Source: Felis catus (taxonomy: Eukaryota). From it: a stretch of 64,000 bases of DNA. The notes beneath the pieces are model-generated. The model was not told where the DNA came from. It did no database searches and saw only the letters and a list, made by a program, of their open reading frames with translations. The stretch is taken from contig NC_058368.1 in the NCBI RefSeq assembly GCF_018350175.1, positions 217,002,001 through 217,066,000 on the forward strand. The letters are read 5' to 3'. How positions within the stretch are numbered: position 1 is the first letter of the stretch; every line of letters begins with the position of its first letter. Positions 24,504 to 36,615 of the stretch are shown piece by piece. Position numbers and translations under genes: made by a program.

Positions 24504-27074
24504 TGTTAAAATATAATGTTTTCTGAATAAACCATATTTGTTTTCCTTCCATTGAGTGCATGGGGAATGGTTCCATTCGTTAGGTAATATAATTACTGCT
24601 GCTAAGAACATCTGAGGGCAAATTTTTGCATTACATTTTTTGCGACTTCATATCTGGGTAGTAATAATTTCCTGGTACTCTAGGTCTTGATAGAAGCCTG
24701 GATAAGAGAATGCTAAACCTCTCATGTGGTGTTTTGGTTTTTATTTTCATTAAACTTAATTTTTTTAAAGAATAAAATTATGTTTTATCAAAATATCAAT
24801 TTTAAACACATTTAAAATGTGTTTTTGAGATAATTCAGGACAAAATAAAATTTAAAAATATGACAATGATCACATATATGGAATTTAAGTTCATAGAAAC
24901 TGACTTCATAAATTATCTGTAAGCTTTGTTAATAGTCTCTATGCAGAATCTTTTTTACTTATTGTCATTTTCATTTTATCTTAGATGGTTATGTTTAATT
25001 TAATTTATGTGATATGTTTAAGTGACCTGCATGAAAATGTTGTAGGACTCTTAACACTATTTATAATAAGCTACCACAATGTTAAGTGCCTATTAGCAGC
25101 TTAATAGCTACTTTAATGATATAGTGACATTTTTAAAAAGTAAAATTATCAGTTAATGTCAAAACAGGAACATTTTCAAATATAATTTAGAGAGGTAGTG
25201 GGTTTAATTTTTACTTTAAAAAAATAATAGTGTATTAACTTCTGAATACCCTGTATTTTTCTAACATGTACCAGATACATTAATTTACAGTAGGTCACAG
25301 CAGAAAGGTGGATTATGTAAAATGCAAACACATTTTTTCAAATTAATTTATAAATACAAAATAAGAAAAAAGAGTGTTAGAAATTCTACTAAGGTAATTA
25401 CCTGAAACACTGAAGGCCAATCAATTCCTGTTATTTATTTTTTCTTATTAAAGGAATAAATCTATGTATCGATCTGTTCATACCATAACCATTTTATAAA
25501 TTATAAATATTACTATACAGATATGGCAATTTAGATTGCTTACTCATAGTTTAGGTTTTCCTTCACTTTTTTGAGAAAATTTAACTACAAACTTGTATAT
25601 TTGACAAAGATTACTTTGTCTCCTAATAATTTTAGACAACGTAAATAATTAGGCATCAAAATATAGGGACAGAGCAGCATTCAGAAACTCAATGAATACA
25701 TGAAAATGACAGAGTTGGATACAAGGTGTACTTGGGGCATATGCACGGGTGCACAAATGAGCATCTAGCCCAGGGAATCTAGAGAATGCTAACCAAGTAG
25801 AGTGTACTTAAGATAAGTTTTTGGCAACTAGCATAGACCAGGCATAAAAGAAAAACATTTGGTTATGTAAAAATTATAAATATAGTCTGGAAATAGAGAA
25901 GGCCTTCGGATAATTGCAGTTAGTTCATTGTGCTAGTGCTAGGGCATGTTGAGAAGTGATGGGAGATGAAGCAGATAAAAAACATTAAGCAGAACTCATG
26001 AAAGGTTATGTCAAGCTAAAGAGTATAAAATTAATCCTAAATGAGAATAATTAGATGATTTTCAATGGGACATGTCATAACGCAATCTGCATTGTTTTCT
26101 TGATTTATATATTTTTCATCTGTCCATCCATCCCTCCATTCACTTATCTTTCCATTCATCCATTGACTTACCTACTTATTAATCTGTGACCAAATATCCC
26201 CCCACACACACACGCACAGTGAAGAAGAATATGAGATAAAATTTGCAATTTAGAACAAAAATGTAGTGACAACTTTGGAAAATAAATGATGGAGTTACTA
26301 TTTTATAAGCGAGGGAGTTGACTTTTCTGTGGTTTCCTATGGAATGGTGAAATAATACCACTGGGTGTGTCTTGAGGCCACCTTTGTCTCTGGTATTTGT
26401 AACTCTTTTCAATGACAAGAAATGTATGAAACTTGTAGAAGTATTATCCATTAACGAAAAGAAGTTTGCTATTAGCTAATTCTAAATACAGAAGAGAGGG
26501 AGAGCCATTTCTCTGCTTTTCATTCTTTTCACTGAAATCGTCTTCAATAAGCATCAGGTTCTAATGAGTGCCTGATAGTGACTTTCTGTGGTATTCATCC
26601 CATTTGCTTTTCTCGGCTTCGTTGTCACTTTTAAAGGGGAGAAAAGAAGCAAACTTTTACCTTAGGTCGTCTTAAGATAGCCTTAAATAAATGATTGAGA
26701 AGTTCCAAGAACATTAGTAATATCACTGCAATCAGATAATGCAAGATTTATATACTACTCTGTGTAATAGTCAGAATGATGTATTACATGAGTACTGTAA
26801 TTGAGGGGCATAAATATAGAGTTCTGGGAATGAGTTTAATTTGATCACATAATTTTAAATGATGCACATTAATAATTAATGTATTATGCTCAAATATAAC
26901 TTGAGTTATATAAATTCCCACAGAAATGCCATACTAAATGATCATGATTAGCATTACCTTAATAAATACCAAATAAATTATTGTCAGACCAATTACTTTG
27001 AAAGCATTCATGATTTATAAATACTGCATAGAGTATGTCAATAATTAATAAACATTTTTAAATAACTGTTTCTT

Positions 27075-27545
27075 AGTATGGTAGAGTGTTTGCACAGAAG
27101 GCCACAATAATTCCTCTTTCCCTTTGTAATGTAACTTTACGGATTCTCCATCAAAGATTGGAGTCTATTTTTTCAGTCCTAGAACCTGGGCTGGCTTTGT
27201 GACTTGTTTTGCCCAATGCAATGCTGCAAATTGACTCTGGAAATCTCTGGGCCTTGAATATTTGCTCTTAGCTTCATGGAATGTTTTCCTGAAATAAAAA
27301 GGAAGATTCTGCCTCTCTTATAGGGGAGGCTGAAAAGTCTGATGGAGCAAATGCCAATGCTAGAGGAGCTAGAGTAATGATATTTGACCACCCGGCCACG
27401 GGTGAGTCACAGGAGAGACAGACTGAAGTGTCAGCTGAGCCCAATTTTGTTGCTAAAAATCATGAGCAAATGATAGAGTTGTTGTTGTTTTAAGGCTCTA
27501 AATTTTAAGGTGGTTTCATATTCAGCGATATAAACAGATGGACTT
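27075..27545 (+). mobile_element. MaLR LTR (MLT1F/G-like), degraded
   Basis: GGGCTGGCTTTGTGACTTGTTTTGCCCAAT and GCTGAGCCCA...TTGTTTTAAG MLT1 motifs. Confidence 0.55.
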
Positions 27546-28185
27546 GAATAGCAGGATAAATAATTATTTTCCATATTCATCTTTATTTTTTACAATCAAC
27601 ATAGATAATTCAGGTTAAAGGAAAATAAATCAGACAAAAAATAAGATAATACAATAAACTATTTAGAACAGACACTGATGTTTGGGAGCATTACTGTGTG
27701 CTCAGGATATTACTAAACGTGTTTTATATATATATGTTGCATAATACCATATAACACAGACATATAGATATTATTATCTATAATATGGAAAGCTACATTT
27801 AATTTACTTACAGAGAGAGGAAGACATGGTAAACATAAACCAATGTCACAAAACCAGAATTGAAAAATAAGCCCAATTGTGTTTGATTTCAGAAGATACC
27901 TTTTTCTCAGTAAAGCATAGTATAAATTCAGTAGATAGTTAGATAGATAGTTAATCAATAGATTATTAACTAATAGTTAACTAGATAGATAGATAACTAG
28001 ATAGATAACTAACCAATAGATAGTTAATCAATAGATTATTAACTAATAAATAGATTAGTTAATCAATAGATATTGTGAAATAATAGAAAAAATATATATA
28101 TTTGTCTCTGTCCTGCCTCCTGGCACAGAGATCTTACAATCCTTATAATTTCCTACGTGAGATCAAGAGTCAGACGCTTTTTTTT

Positions 28186-29102
28186 GCAAGATGGCGGCTT
28201 AGGAGGACGCTGGGCTCACCGCACATCCTGCTGATCACTTAGATTCCACCTACACCTGCCTAAATAACCCAGAAAACCACCAGAGGATTAGCAGAACGGA
28301 GTCGCCGGAGCCAAACGCAGACGAGAGGCCCACGGAAGAGGGTAGGAAGGGCGGCGAGGCGGTGAGCGCTCCACAGACTGGCGGGAGGGGGAGGAGGGGC
28401 GGCTCTCCGGCCAAGCAGAGCCCCCGAGTCTGGCTGGCAAAAGCGGAGGGGCCGGCAGGACGGAGTGTGTTCCGACAGCAAGCGCGACTTAGCTTCTGGG
28501 AGGTCATAAGTTAACAGCTCTGCTCAGAAAGCCGGAAGGCTGGAGGACAAAGGGAGGGAGAGCTGCCGAGCCCCCGGACGACAGAGCTCAGTTTGGTGGG
28601 GAACAAAGGCGCTCGCCAGCGCCATCTCCCCCACCCATCCCCCAGCCAAAATCCCAAAGAGAACCAGTTCCTGCCAGGGAACTTGCTCTCTCCGCGCAAA
28701 CACCCAACTCTGCGCTACTGCGGAACCAAACCTCTGGCAGCGGATCTGACTCCCTCCCGCTGCCACAGGGCCCCTCCTGAAGTGGATCACCTAAGGAGAA
28801 GCCATCTAAGCCTGCCCCTCCTGCCACCGTGCACCTTGCCTACCCACCCCAGCTAATACGCCAGATCCCCAGCATCACAAGGCTGGCAGTGTGCAAGTAG
28901 CCCAGATGAGCCACCCCACCCCACAGTGAATCCCGCCCCTAGGAGAGGGGAAGAGAAGGCACACACCAGTCTGACTGTGGCCCCAGCGGTGGGCGGGGGC
29001 AGACATCAGGTCTGACTGTGGCCCTGCCCACCAACTCCAGTTATACACCACAGCACAGGGGAAGTGCCCTGCAGGTCCTCACCACGCCAGGGACTATCCA
29101 AA
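28186..29102 (+). promoter_or_regulatory. L1 5'UTR internal Pol II promoter, CpG-island-like, with YY1 motif
   Basis: CAAGATGGCGG at 28187-28197 matches the YY1 site typical of L1 5' ends; GC- and CpG-rich for ~900 bp upstream of the ORF1 ATG; direct repeat GTCTGACTGTGGCCC at ~28969 and ~29010. Confidence 0.85.
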
Positions 29103-29987
29103 ATGACCAAGCGGAAGAATTCCCCTCAGAAGAATCTCCAGGAAATAACAACAGCTAATGAGCTGATCAAAAAGGATTTAAATAATATAACAGAAAGTGA
29201 ATTTAGAATAATAGTCATAAAATTAATCGCTGGGCTTGAAAACAGTATAGAGGACAGCAGAGAACCTCTTGCTACAGAGATCAAGGGACTAAGGAACAGT
29301 CACGAGGAGCTGAAAAACGCTTTAAACGAAATGCATAACAAAATGGAAACCACCACAGCTCGGCTTGAAGAGGCAGAGGAGAGAATAGGTGAACTAGAGG
29401 ATAAAGTTATGGAATAAGAGGAAGCTGAGAAAAAGAGAGATAAAAAAATCCAGGAGTATGAGGGTAAAATTAGAGAACTAAGTGATACACTAAATATACG
29501 CATAATTGGTATCCCAGAGGAGGAAGAGAGAGGGAAAGGTGCTGAAGGGGTACTTGAAGAAATAATAGCTGAGAACTTCCCTGAACTGGGGAAGGAAAAA
29601 GGCATTGAAATCCAAGAGGCACAGAGAACTCCCTTCAGACGTAACTTGAATCGATCCTCTGCACGACATATCATAGTGAAACTGGCAAAATACAAGGATA
29701 AAGAGAAAATTCTGAAAGCAGCAAGGGGTAAACGTGCCCTCACATATAAAGGGAGACCTATAAGACTCGTGACTGATCTCTCTTTTGAAACTTGGCAGGC
29801 CAGAAAGAATTGGCATGAGATTTTCAGGGTGCTAGACAGAAAAAATATGCAGCCAAGAATCCTTTATCCAGCAAGTCTGTCATTTAGAATAGAAGGGGAG
29901 ATAAAGGTCTTCCCAAACAAACAAAAACTGAAGGAATTTGCCACCACTAAACCAGCCCTACAAGAGATCCTAAGGGGGACCCTGTGA
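29103..29987 (+). pseudogene. L1 ORF1p (RNA-binding chaperone), disrupted
   Basis: MTKRKNSPQK...coiled coil...NIRIIGIPE...ILYPASLSF...PALQEILRGTL, all in one frame; premature TAA at 29415-29417; probable in-frame 9-nt deletion near 29490 (the usual KRxN before NIRIIG is missing). Confidence 0.95.
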
Positions 29988-30037
29988 GACAAAGTCCCAG
30001 AGACATCACTACAAGCATAAAACATACAGACATCACA

Positions 30038-33000
30038 ATGACTCTAAACCCGTATCTTTCTATAATAACACTGAATGTAAATGGATTAAATGCACCAACC
30101 AAAAGACATAGGGTATTAGAATGGATAAAAAAACAAGACCCATCTATTTGCTGTCTACAAGAGACTCATTTTAGACCTGAGGACACCTTTAGATTGAGAG
30201 TGAGGGATGGAGAACTATTTATCATGCGACTGGAAGCCAAAAGAAAGCTGGAGTAGCCATACTTATATCAGACAAACTAGACTTTAAATTAAAGGCTGTA
30301 ACAAGAGATGAAGAAGGACATTATATAATAGTTACAGGGTCTATCCATCAGAAAGAGCTAACAATTATAAATGTCTATGCGCCGAATACCGGAGCCCCCA
30401 AATATATAAAACAATTACTCATAAACATAAGCAACCTTATTGATAAGAATGTGGTCATTGCAGGGGACTTTAACACCCCACTTACAGAAATGGATAGATC
30501 ATCTAGACACACGGTCAATAAAGAAACAAGGACCTTGAATGAGACATTGGATCAGATGGACTTGACAGATATATTTAGAACTCTACATCCCAAAGCAACA
30601 GAATATACTTTCTTCTCGAGTGCAATGGAACATTCTCCAAGATAGATCATATACTGGGTCACAAAACAGCCCTTCATAAGTTTACAAGAATTGAAATTAT
30701 ACCATGCATACTTTCAGACCACAATGCTATGAAGCTTGAAATCAACCACAGGAAAAAGTCTGGAAAACCTCCAAAAGCATGGAGGTTAAAGAACACCCTA
30801 CTAACGAATGAGTGGGTCAACCAGGCAATTAGAGAAGAAATTAAAAAATATATGGAAACAAACGAAAATGAAAATACAACAATCCAAACGCCCTGGGACG
30901 CAGCGAAGGCAGTTCTGAGAGGAAAATACATTGCAATCCAGGCCTATCTCAAGAAACAAGAAAAATCCCAAATACAAAATCTAACAGCACACCTAAAGGA
31001 ACTAGAAGCAGAACAGCAAAGGCAGCCTAAACCCAGCAGAAGAAGAGAAATAATAAAGATCAGAGCAGAAATAAACAATATAGAATCTAAAAATACTGTA
31101 GAGCAGATCAACGAAACCAAGAGTTGGTTTTTTGAAAAAATAAACAAAATTGACAAACCTCTAGCCAGGCTTCTCAAAAAGAAAAGGGAGATGACCCAAA
31201 TAGATAAAATCATGAATGAAAATGGAATGATTACAACCAATCCCTCAGAGATACAAACAATTATCAGGGAATACTATGAAAAATTATATGCCAAAAAACT
31301 GGACAACCTGGAAGAAATGGACAAATTCCTGAACACCCACACTCTTCCAAAACTCAATTAGGAGGAAATAGAAAGCTTGAACAGACCCATAACCAGCGAA
31401 GAAATTGAATCGGTTATCAAAAATCTCCCAACAAATAAGAGTCCAGGGCCAGATGGCTTCCCAGGGGAGTTCTACCAGACGTTTAAAGCAGAGATAATAC
31501 CTATCCTTCGCAAGCTATTCCAAGAAATAGAAAGGGAAGGAAAACTTCCAGACTCATTCTATGAAGCCAGTATTACTTTGATTCCTAAACCAGACAGAGA
31601 CCCAGTAACAAAAGAGAACTACAGGCCAATATCCCTGATGAATATGGATGCAAAAATTCTCAATAAGATACTAGCAAATCGAATTCAACGGCATATAAAA
31701 AGAATTCTTCACCATGATCAAGTGGGATTCATTCCTGGGATGCAGGGCTGGTTCAACATTCACAAATCAATCAACGTGATACATCACATTAACAAAAAAA
31801 AAAGAGAAGAACCATATGATCCTGTCAATCGATGCAGAAAAGGCCTTTGACAAAATCCAGCACCCTTTCTTAATAAAAACCCTTGAGAAAGTCGGGATAG
31901 AAGGAACATACTTAAAGATCATAAAAGCCATTTATGAAAAGCCCACAGCTAACATCATCCTCAACGGGGAAAAACTGAGAGCTTTTTCCCTGAGATCAGG
32001 AACACGACAAGGGTGCCCACTCTCACCGCTGCTGTTTAACATAGTGCTGGAAGTTCTAGCATCAACAATCAGACAACAAAAGGAAATCAAAAGCATCCAA
32101 ATTGGCAAAGATGAAGTCAAGCTTTCGCTTTTTGCAGATGACATGATATTATACATGGAAAATCCGATAGACTCCACCAAAAGTCTGCTAGAACTGATAC
32201 AGGAATTCAGCAAAGTTGCAGGATACAAAATCAATGTACAGAAATCAGTTGCATTCTTATACACTAACAATGAAGCAACAGAAAGACAAATAAAGAAACT
32301 GATCCCATTCACAATTGCACCAAGAAGCATAAAATACCTAGGAATAAATCTAACCAAAGATGTAAAGGATCTGTATGCTGAAAACTATAGAAAGCTTATG
32401 AAGGAAATTGAAGAAGATTTAAAGAAATGGAAAGACATTCCCTGCTCATGGATTGGAAAAATAAATATTGTCAAACTGTCAATACTACCCAAAGCTATCT
32501 ACACATTCAATGCAATCCCAATCAAAATTGCACCAGCATTCTTCTCGAAACTAGAACAAGCAATCCTAAAATTCATATGGAACCACAAAAGGCCCCGAAT
32601 AGCCAAAGGAATTTTGAAGAAGAAGACCAAAGCAGGAGGCATCACAATCCCAGACTTTAGCCTCTACTACAAAGCTGTCATCATCAAGACAGCATGGTAT
32701 TGGCACAAAAACAGACACATAGACCAATGGAATAGAATAGAAACCCCAGAACTAGACCCACAAACGTATGGCCAACTCATCTTTGACAAAGCAGGAAAGA
32801 ACATCCAATGGAAAAAAGACAGCCTCTTTAACAAATGGTGCTGGGAGAACTGGACAGCAACATGCAGAAGGTTGAAACTAGACCACTTTCTCACACCATT
32901 CACAAAAATAAACTCAAAATGGATAAAGGACCTAAATGTGAGACAGGAAACCATCAAAACCTTAGAGGAGAAAGCAGGAAAAGACCTCTCTGACCTCAGC

Positions 33001-33861
33001 CGTAGCAATCTCTTACTCGACACATCCCCAAAGGCAAGGGAATTAAAAGCAAAAGTGAATTACTGGGACCTTATGAAGATAAAAAGCTTCTGCACAGCAA
33101 AGGAAACAACCAACAAAACTAAAAGGCAACCAACGGAATGGGAAAAGATATTCGCAAATGACATATCGGACAAAGGGCTAGTATCCAAAATCTATAAAGA
33201 GCTCACCAAACTCCACACCCGAAAAACAAATAACCCAGTGAAGAAATGGGCAGAAAACATGAATAGACACTTCTCTCAAGAAGACATCCGGATGGCCAAC
33301 AGGCACATGAAAAGATGTTCAGCGTCGCTCCTTATCAGGGAAATACAAATCAAAACCACACTCAGGTATCACCTCACGCCAGTCAGAGTGGCCAAAATGA
33401 ACAAATCAGGAGACTATAGATGCTGGAGAGGATGTGGAGAAACGGGAACCCTCTTGCACTGTTGGTGGGAATGCAAATTGGTGCAACCGCTCTGGAAAGC
33501 AGTGTGGAGGTTCCTCAGAAAATTAAAAATAGACCTACCCTATGACCCAGCAATAGCACTGCTAGGAATTTATCCAAGGGATACAGGAGTACTGATGAAT
33601 AGGGGCACTTGTACCCCAATGTTCATAGCAGCACTCTCAACAATAGCCAAATTATGGAAAGAGCCTAAATGTCCATCAACTGATGAATGGATAAAGAAAT
33701 TGTGGTTTATATACACAATGGAATATTACGTGGCAATGAGAAAAAATGAAATAGGGCCTTTTGTAGCAACGTGGATGGAACTGGAGAGTGTGATGCTAAG
33801 TGAAATAAGCCATACAGAGAAAGACAGATACCATATGGTTTCATTCTTATGTGGATCCTGA
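30038..33861 (+). pseudogene. L1 ORF2p (APE endonuclease / reverse transcriptase / C-terminal CCHC), disrupted
   Basis: EN motifs TLNVNGLN, CCLQETH, GDFNT, SDH; RT motifs QGCPLSP and FADD (32131-32142); C-terminal CWRGC...HCWWEC. Lesions from the ORF frames: -1 near 30205, -1 near 30625, TAG at 31359-31361, +1 in the A-run ~31794-31803. 31816-33861 remains open (681 aa). Confidence 0.97.
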
Positions 33862-34395
33862 GAAACTTAACAGGAACCCATGGGGGAGGGGAAGGGGGAA
33901 AAAAAAAAAAAAAAAGAGGTTAGAGTGGGAAAGAGCCAAAGCATAAGAGACTGTTAAAAACTGAGAACAAACTGAGGGTTGATGGGGGGTGGGAGGGAGG
34001 AGAGGGTGGGTGATGGGTATTGAGGAGGGCACCTTTTGGGATGAGCACTGGGTGTTGTATGGAAACCAATTTGTCAATAAATTTCATATATATAAAAAAT
34101 AATAATTTCCTACGTGATAAGAATACTAGGAGTAGGTTTTGTTCTCAGAATTGATCTTTCATCCTAGTTCCTGACACAGTTCATGAATTCCTTGGTATTT
34201 CCTGGGTGACAGGAGTGGTTTTTGTTCCAATGAGGTGGCCCTTGATGGGCTCCTGGAAAGCTCCAGGGTGGGGGCTGGTCACCAGAAACATTAAGCCCTG
34301 ATTAGAAGCTTTGAGCTTTCAGCCCTACACCCTCCCCTCTGCCCATCTTCTAGGATGGAGAGAAAGCTGGAGATTGAGTTCATGATTGATCATGC

Positions 34396-34914
34396 CAGAT
34401 GATGGGAGGGTTTGGGGGTGATGGGGGGGGGGCGGTTAGTGAGGTCTGATTCAATGTCCAAGAAAGAATTCTTGAAGACATCTGTGGGGCAAGAAAGTGA
34501 TTTTACTAAAGCATGGGCACAGGACCCATGGGCAGGAAGAGCTGCACTGGAGTTGTAGGGGGTGACCATTTTAAGGAGTCAGGGAGATAAAGTCAAGAGG
34601 GAGTTTCCAAAGAGAATTTTATATGCTAAAGACCTACTGGAGGCCTAGTTATTATTAAGCTAAAATTGTTTTTCCCTCCAGCAAGGCATTAACATTAAAA
34701 TAGTAGGGAGTTCCTGCTGGACTTTGAGCTGTGATAGGATTGTCTTTTTCTAGTCAATTGATGGAGACTCTTACCAGTTTAACCATTTTTTTTTTATGTC
34801 CTTTCTTGTTTTGGGGTAGCCAGGAGTGTCCAAGGAATATCATGTATGTCCCACCTTGGGGAGGGTGCTATTAGCCTGCACTTTGACCTCAGCTTGCCCC
34901 ATGCTCCCTCATCA
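34396..34914 (-). mobile_element. ERV1-class solo LTR nested in the MER21-like LTR
   Basis: Interrupts the host sequence; ends ...CATCA; probable TSD ATGC at 34392-34395 and 34915-34918; minus-strand AGTAAA poly(A)-signal variant; shares an R/U5-like segment with the LTR at 35308. Confidence 0.7.
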
Positions 34915-35307
34915 ATGCTTATATGATGAAGCCTTCATAAAAGTCCCAAAAGTACAAGGTTCAGAGAGCTTCTGTCTTGGTGAACACAGCCTCCAGTAGG
35001 GTGACCAGTAGGGTGCTCTTCTGGCTATTCACTGTATCCTTGGTCATATTCTCTGTTATATAGTAAACTGATAAAAGTGTTTCTCTGAATCTGTGAGTTG
35101 TTCTAGCAAATGATCGCATCCAAGGAAAGGGGGTCATGAGAACTTCCAATCTGCAGCTAAATCGGATAGAAGTTGTGAGTAAGCTGGGGACTTACTACAT
35201 GTGTTGGGGTCTGCAAGTGGAGGATAATCTTGTGGGACTGAGTCCCTAACCTGTGGGATCTGATGCTATCTCCAAGGAGAAGGTGTCAGAATTGAGTTAA
35301 ATTGTAG

Positions 35308-35709
35308 TGGCAGGGTTCTTGAGCAAACGGCTAAGAAAGGATTCTTGAGATTTCCTTGGTGCAAAAAGGTGATTTTACTAAAGCGTAGGGACAGAACCTG
35401 TGGGCAGAAAGAGCTGCCCTGGGGTTGTGAATAGTGACTGATTACATACTTTCAAGTTATTGTGGGTTAGGGAGAGTGTACGTCTCCAAGGAGTTTGAAA
35501 GCAAGACTCTCAGGACCTTGAGGGGCTAGCTGTTGTTCAGATAAGGTCACTATTAGTCTTTAATAAAACAGAAACATTAAGGAAGTAAGGCAGCCATGAG
35601 TTCCTTGAGCAAGGTCACGCCCCGCATGTTTCAGGTGTCTATCATTGGGCTGCAAGCCATAAGGAGATTTAATTTCAGCTACATTTCTCTTGCCTTTGTT
35701 TCCCTCACA
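35308..35709 (-). mobile_element. ERV1-class solo LTR nested in the MER21-like LTR
   Basis: TG...CA termini; exact 4-bp TSD GTAG at 35304-35307 and 35710-35713; host sequence resumes after it. Confidence 0.85.
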
Positions 35710-35801
35710 GTAGGACACCATGCTGGTGTTTATGGAGAAAGGCTTGTTGTGGGAAAAAGACCCACATATCTGGTGTCAGAAGTATTGTGATGTGGTAGTA
35801 A

Positions 35802-36345
35802 TGATAGAAGATGGGATTCAGTGAGGCAGCGAGGGAAAGATTAGGGCCTGAGGTCCCTGGGTTGGGAAAAACACCTATTTTGGAACAATGTTGGGAGTGC
35901 CTGACTACAGCAAGCCCCTTCAGGCATAAGGTTTTGCTTAAGAACCTAGTCCCCCTCAGGTTCCCCTCTGAAATTTGACAAAAGACCTAACTATGACCAT
36001 AGACTACCCCCTATACTGTGGAAACGAGCCAATCAGAAAAGGACAACCCAGCCCCTAGAACTATCCAACCAATAAGGGTAGAACCTGAGAAGGAACAAGG
36101 GGGAAGGAAAGAGGGAGGGCTGACCAGACCTTAAAAAACAAGGACCTTGCTTATAGTCCTTGGGCATTTGTTTTTGAATGTTTTTGAATGTCCCCACTCT
36201 GTAAGGAGAGCTTTCCTACTATTCTTCCTTTCTAACCTTATATTCCAATAAACTTTTGTCTGCTGCTGATTTTGCATCTACCTGTTCACTCTTCGAAGGA
36301 ATGAGACAACGAATCCCGGGAATTGTGGTAAAAAATCCTGCAACA
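35802..36345 (+). mobile_element. ERV1-class solo LTR nested in the MER21-like LTR
   Basis: TG...CA termini; exact 4-bp TSD GTAA at 35798-35801 and 36346-36349; two CCAAT boxes (~36029, ~36069), a TATA-like TTAAAAAA (~36131) and AATAAA (~36247). Confidence 0.87.
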
Positions 36346-36365
36346 GTAATGTAAAAGTAAAAGAG

Positions 36366-36549
36366 AGGCATGCCTGGGAGACTTAGTCAGTTAAGCACTG
36401 ACTTCAGCTTAGGTCATGATCTTGAGGTTCATGAGTTCAAGCCCCGCATCGGGCTTTGTGCTGACAGCTCAGAGCCTGTAGCCTCTTCAGATTCTGTGTC
36501 TCCCTCTCTGTTTGCCCGTCCCTCACTCATGCTCTGTCTTGAAACATGA

Positions 36550-36589
<40 letters not shown>

Positions 36590-36615
36590 GAAAGAAAGAG
36601 AAAGAAAGAAAGAAA
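36366..36615 (+). mobile_element. Can-SINE with a (GAAA)n tail, in the 3' end of the MER21-like LTR
   Basis: Head and body; (GAAA)n at 36548-36615. Confidence 0.9.

Larger units (their letters stand above)
23235..24660 (-). mobile_element. Ancient L1 (L1MB/MC-like) 3' fragment interrupted by the AURKAIP1 fragment, an MLT1 and a SINE
   Basis: TTAGCAGTCACTC...CTACTTTTTGTCTCTACGAATTTGCCTATTCTG...CACTTAGCATAATG; the minus ORF 23673-23867 begins with an L1 C-terminal-like MNLDYIMLSEKSQ. Confidence 0.75.
28186..34101 (+). mobile_element. Full-length LINE-1 (felid L1_Fc-like), inactivated
   Basis: CpG-rich 5'UTR starting GCAAGATGGCGG, then ORF1, ORF2, a G-rich 3'UTR and a short A-rich tail; perfect TSD ATAATTTCCTACGTGA at 28145-28160 and 34102-34117, at a TT/ATAA endonuclease-type site. 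Confidence 0.98.

Noticed and set aside
28250..28856. Several overlapping ORFs in the L1 5'UTR (possible ORF0 analogue)
   Set aside because: GC-rich sequence is poor in stop codons and several of these ORFs use non-ATG starts; ORF0 is described for primate L1, and nothing here supports a felid equivalent.
29300..33023. Antisense ORFs of 85-147 aa over the L1
   Set aside because: Expected by-products of the L1 antisense strand; no independent evidence of coding.
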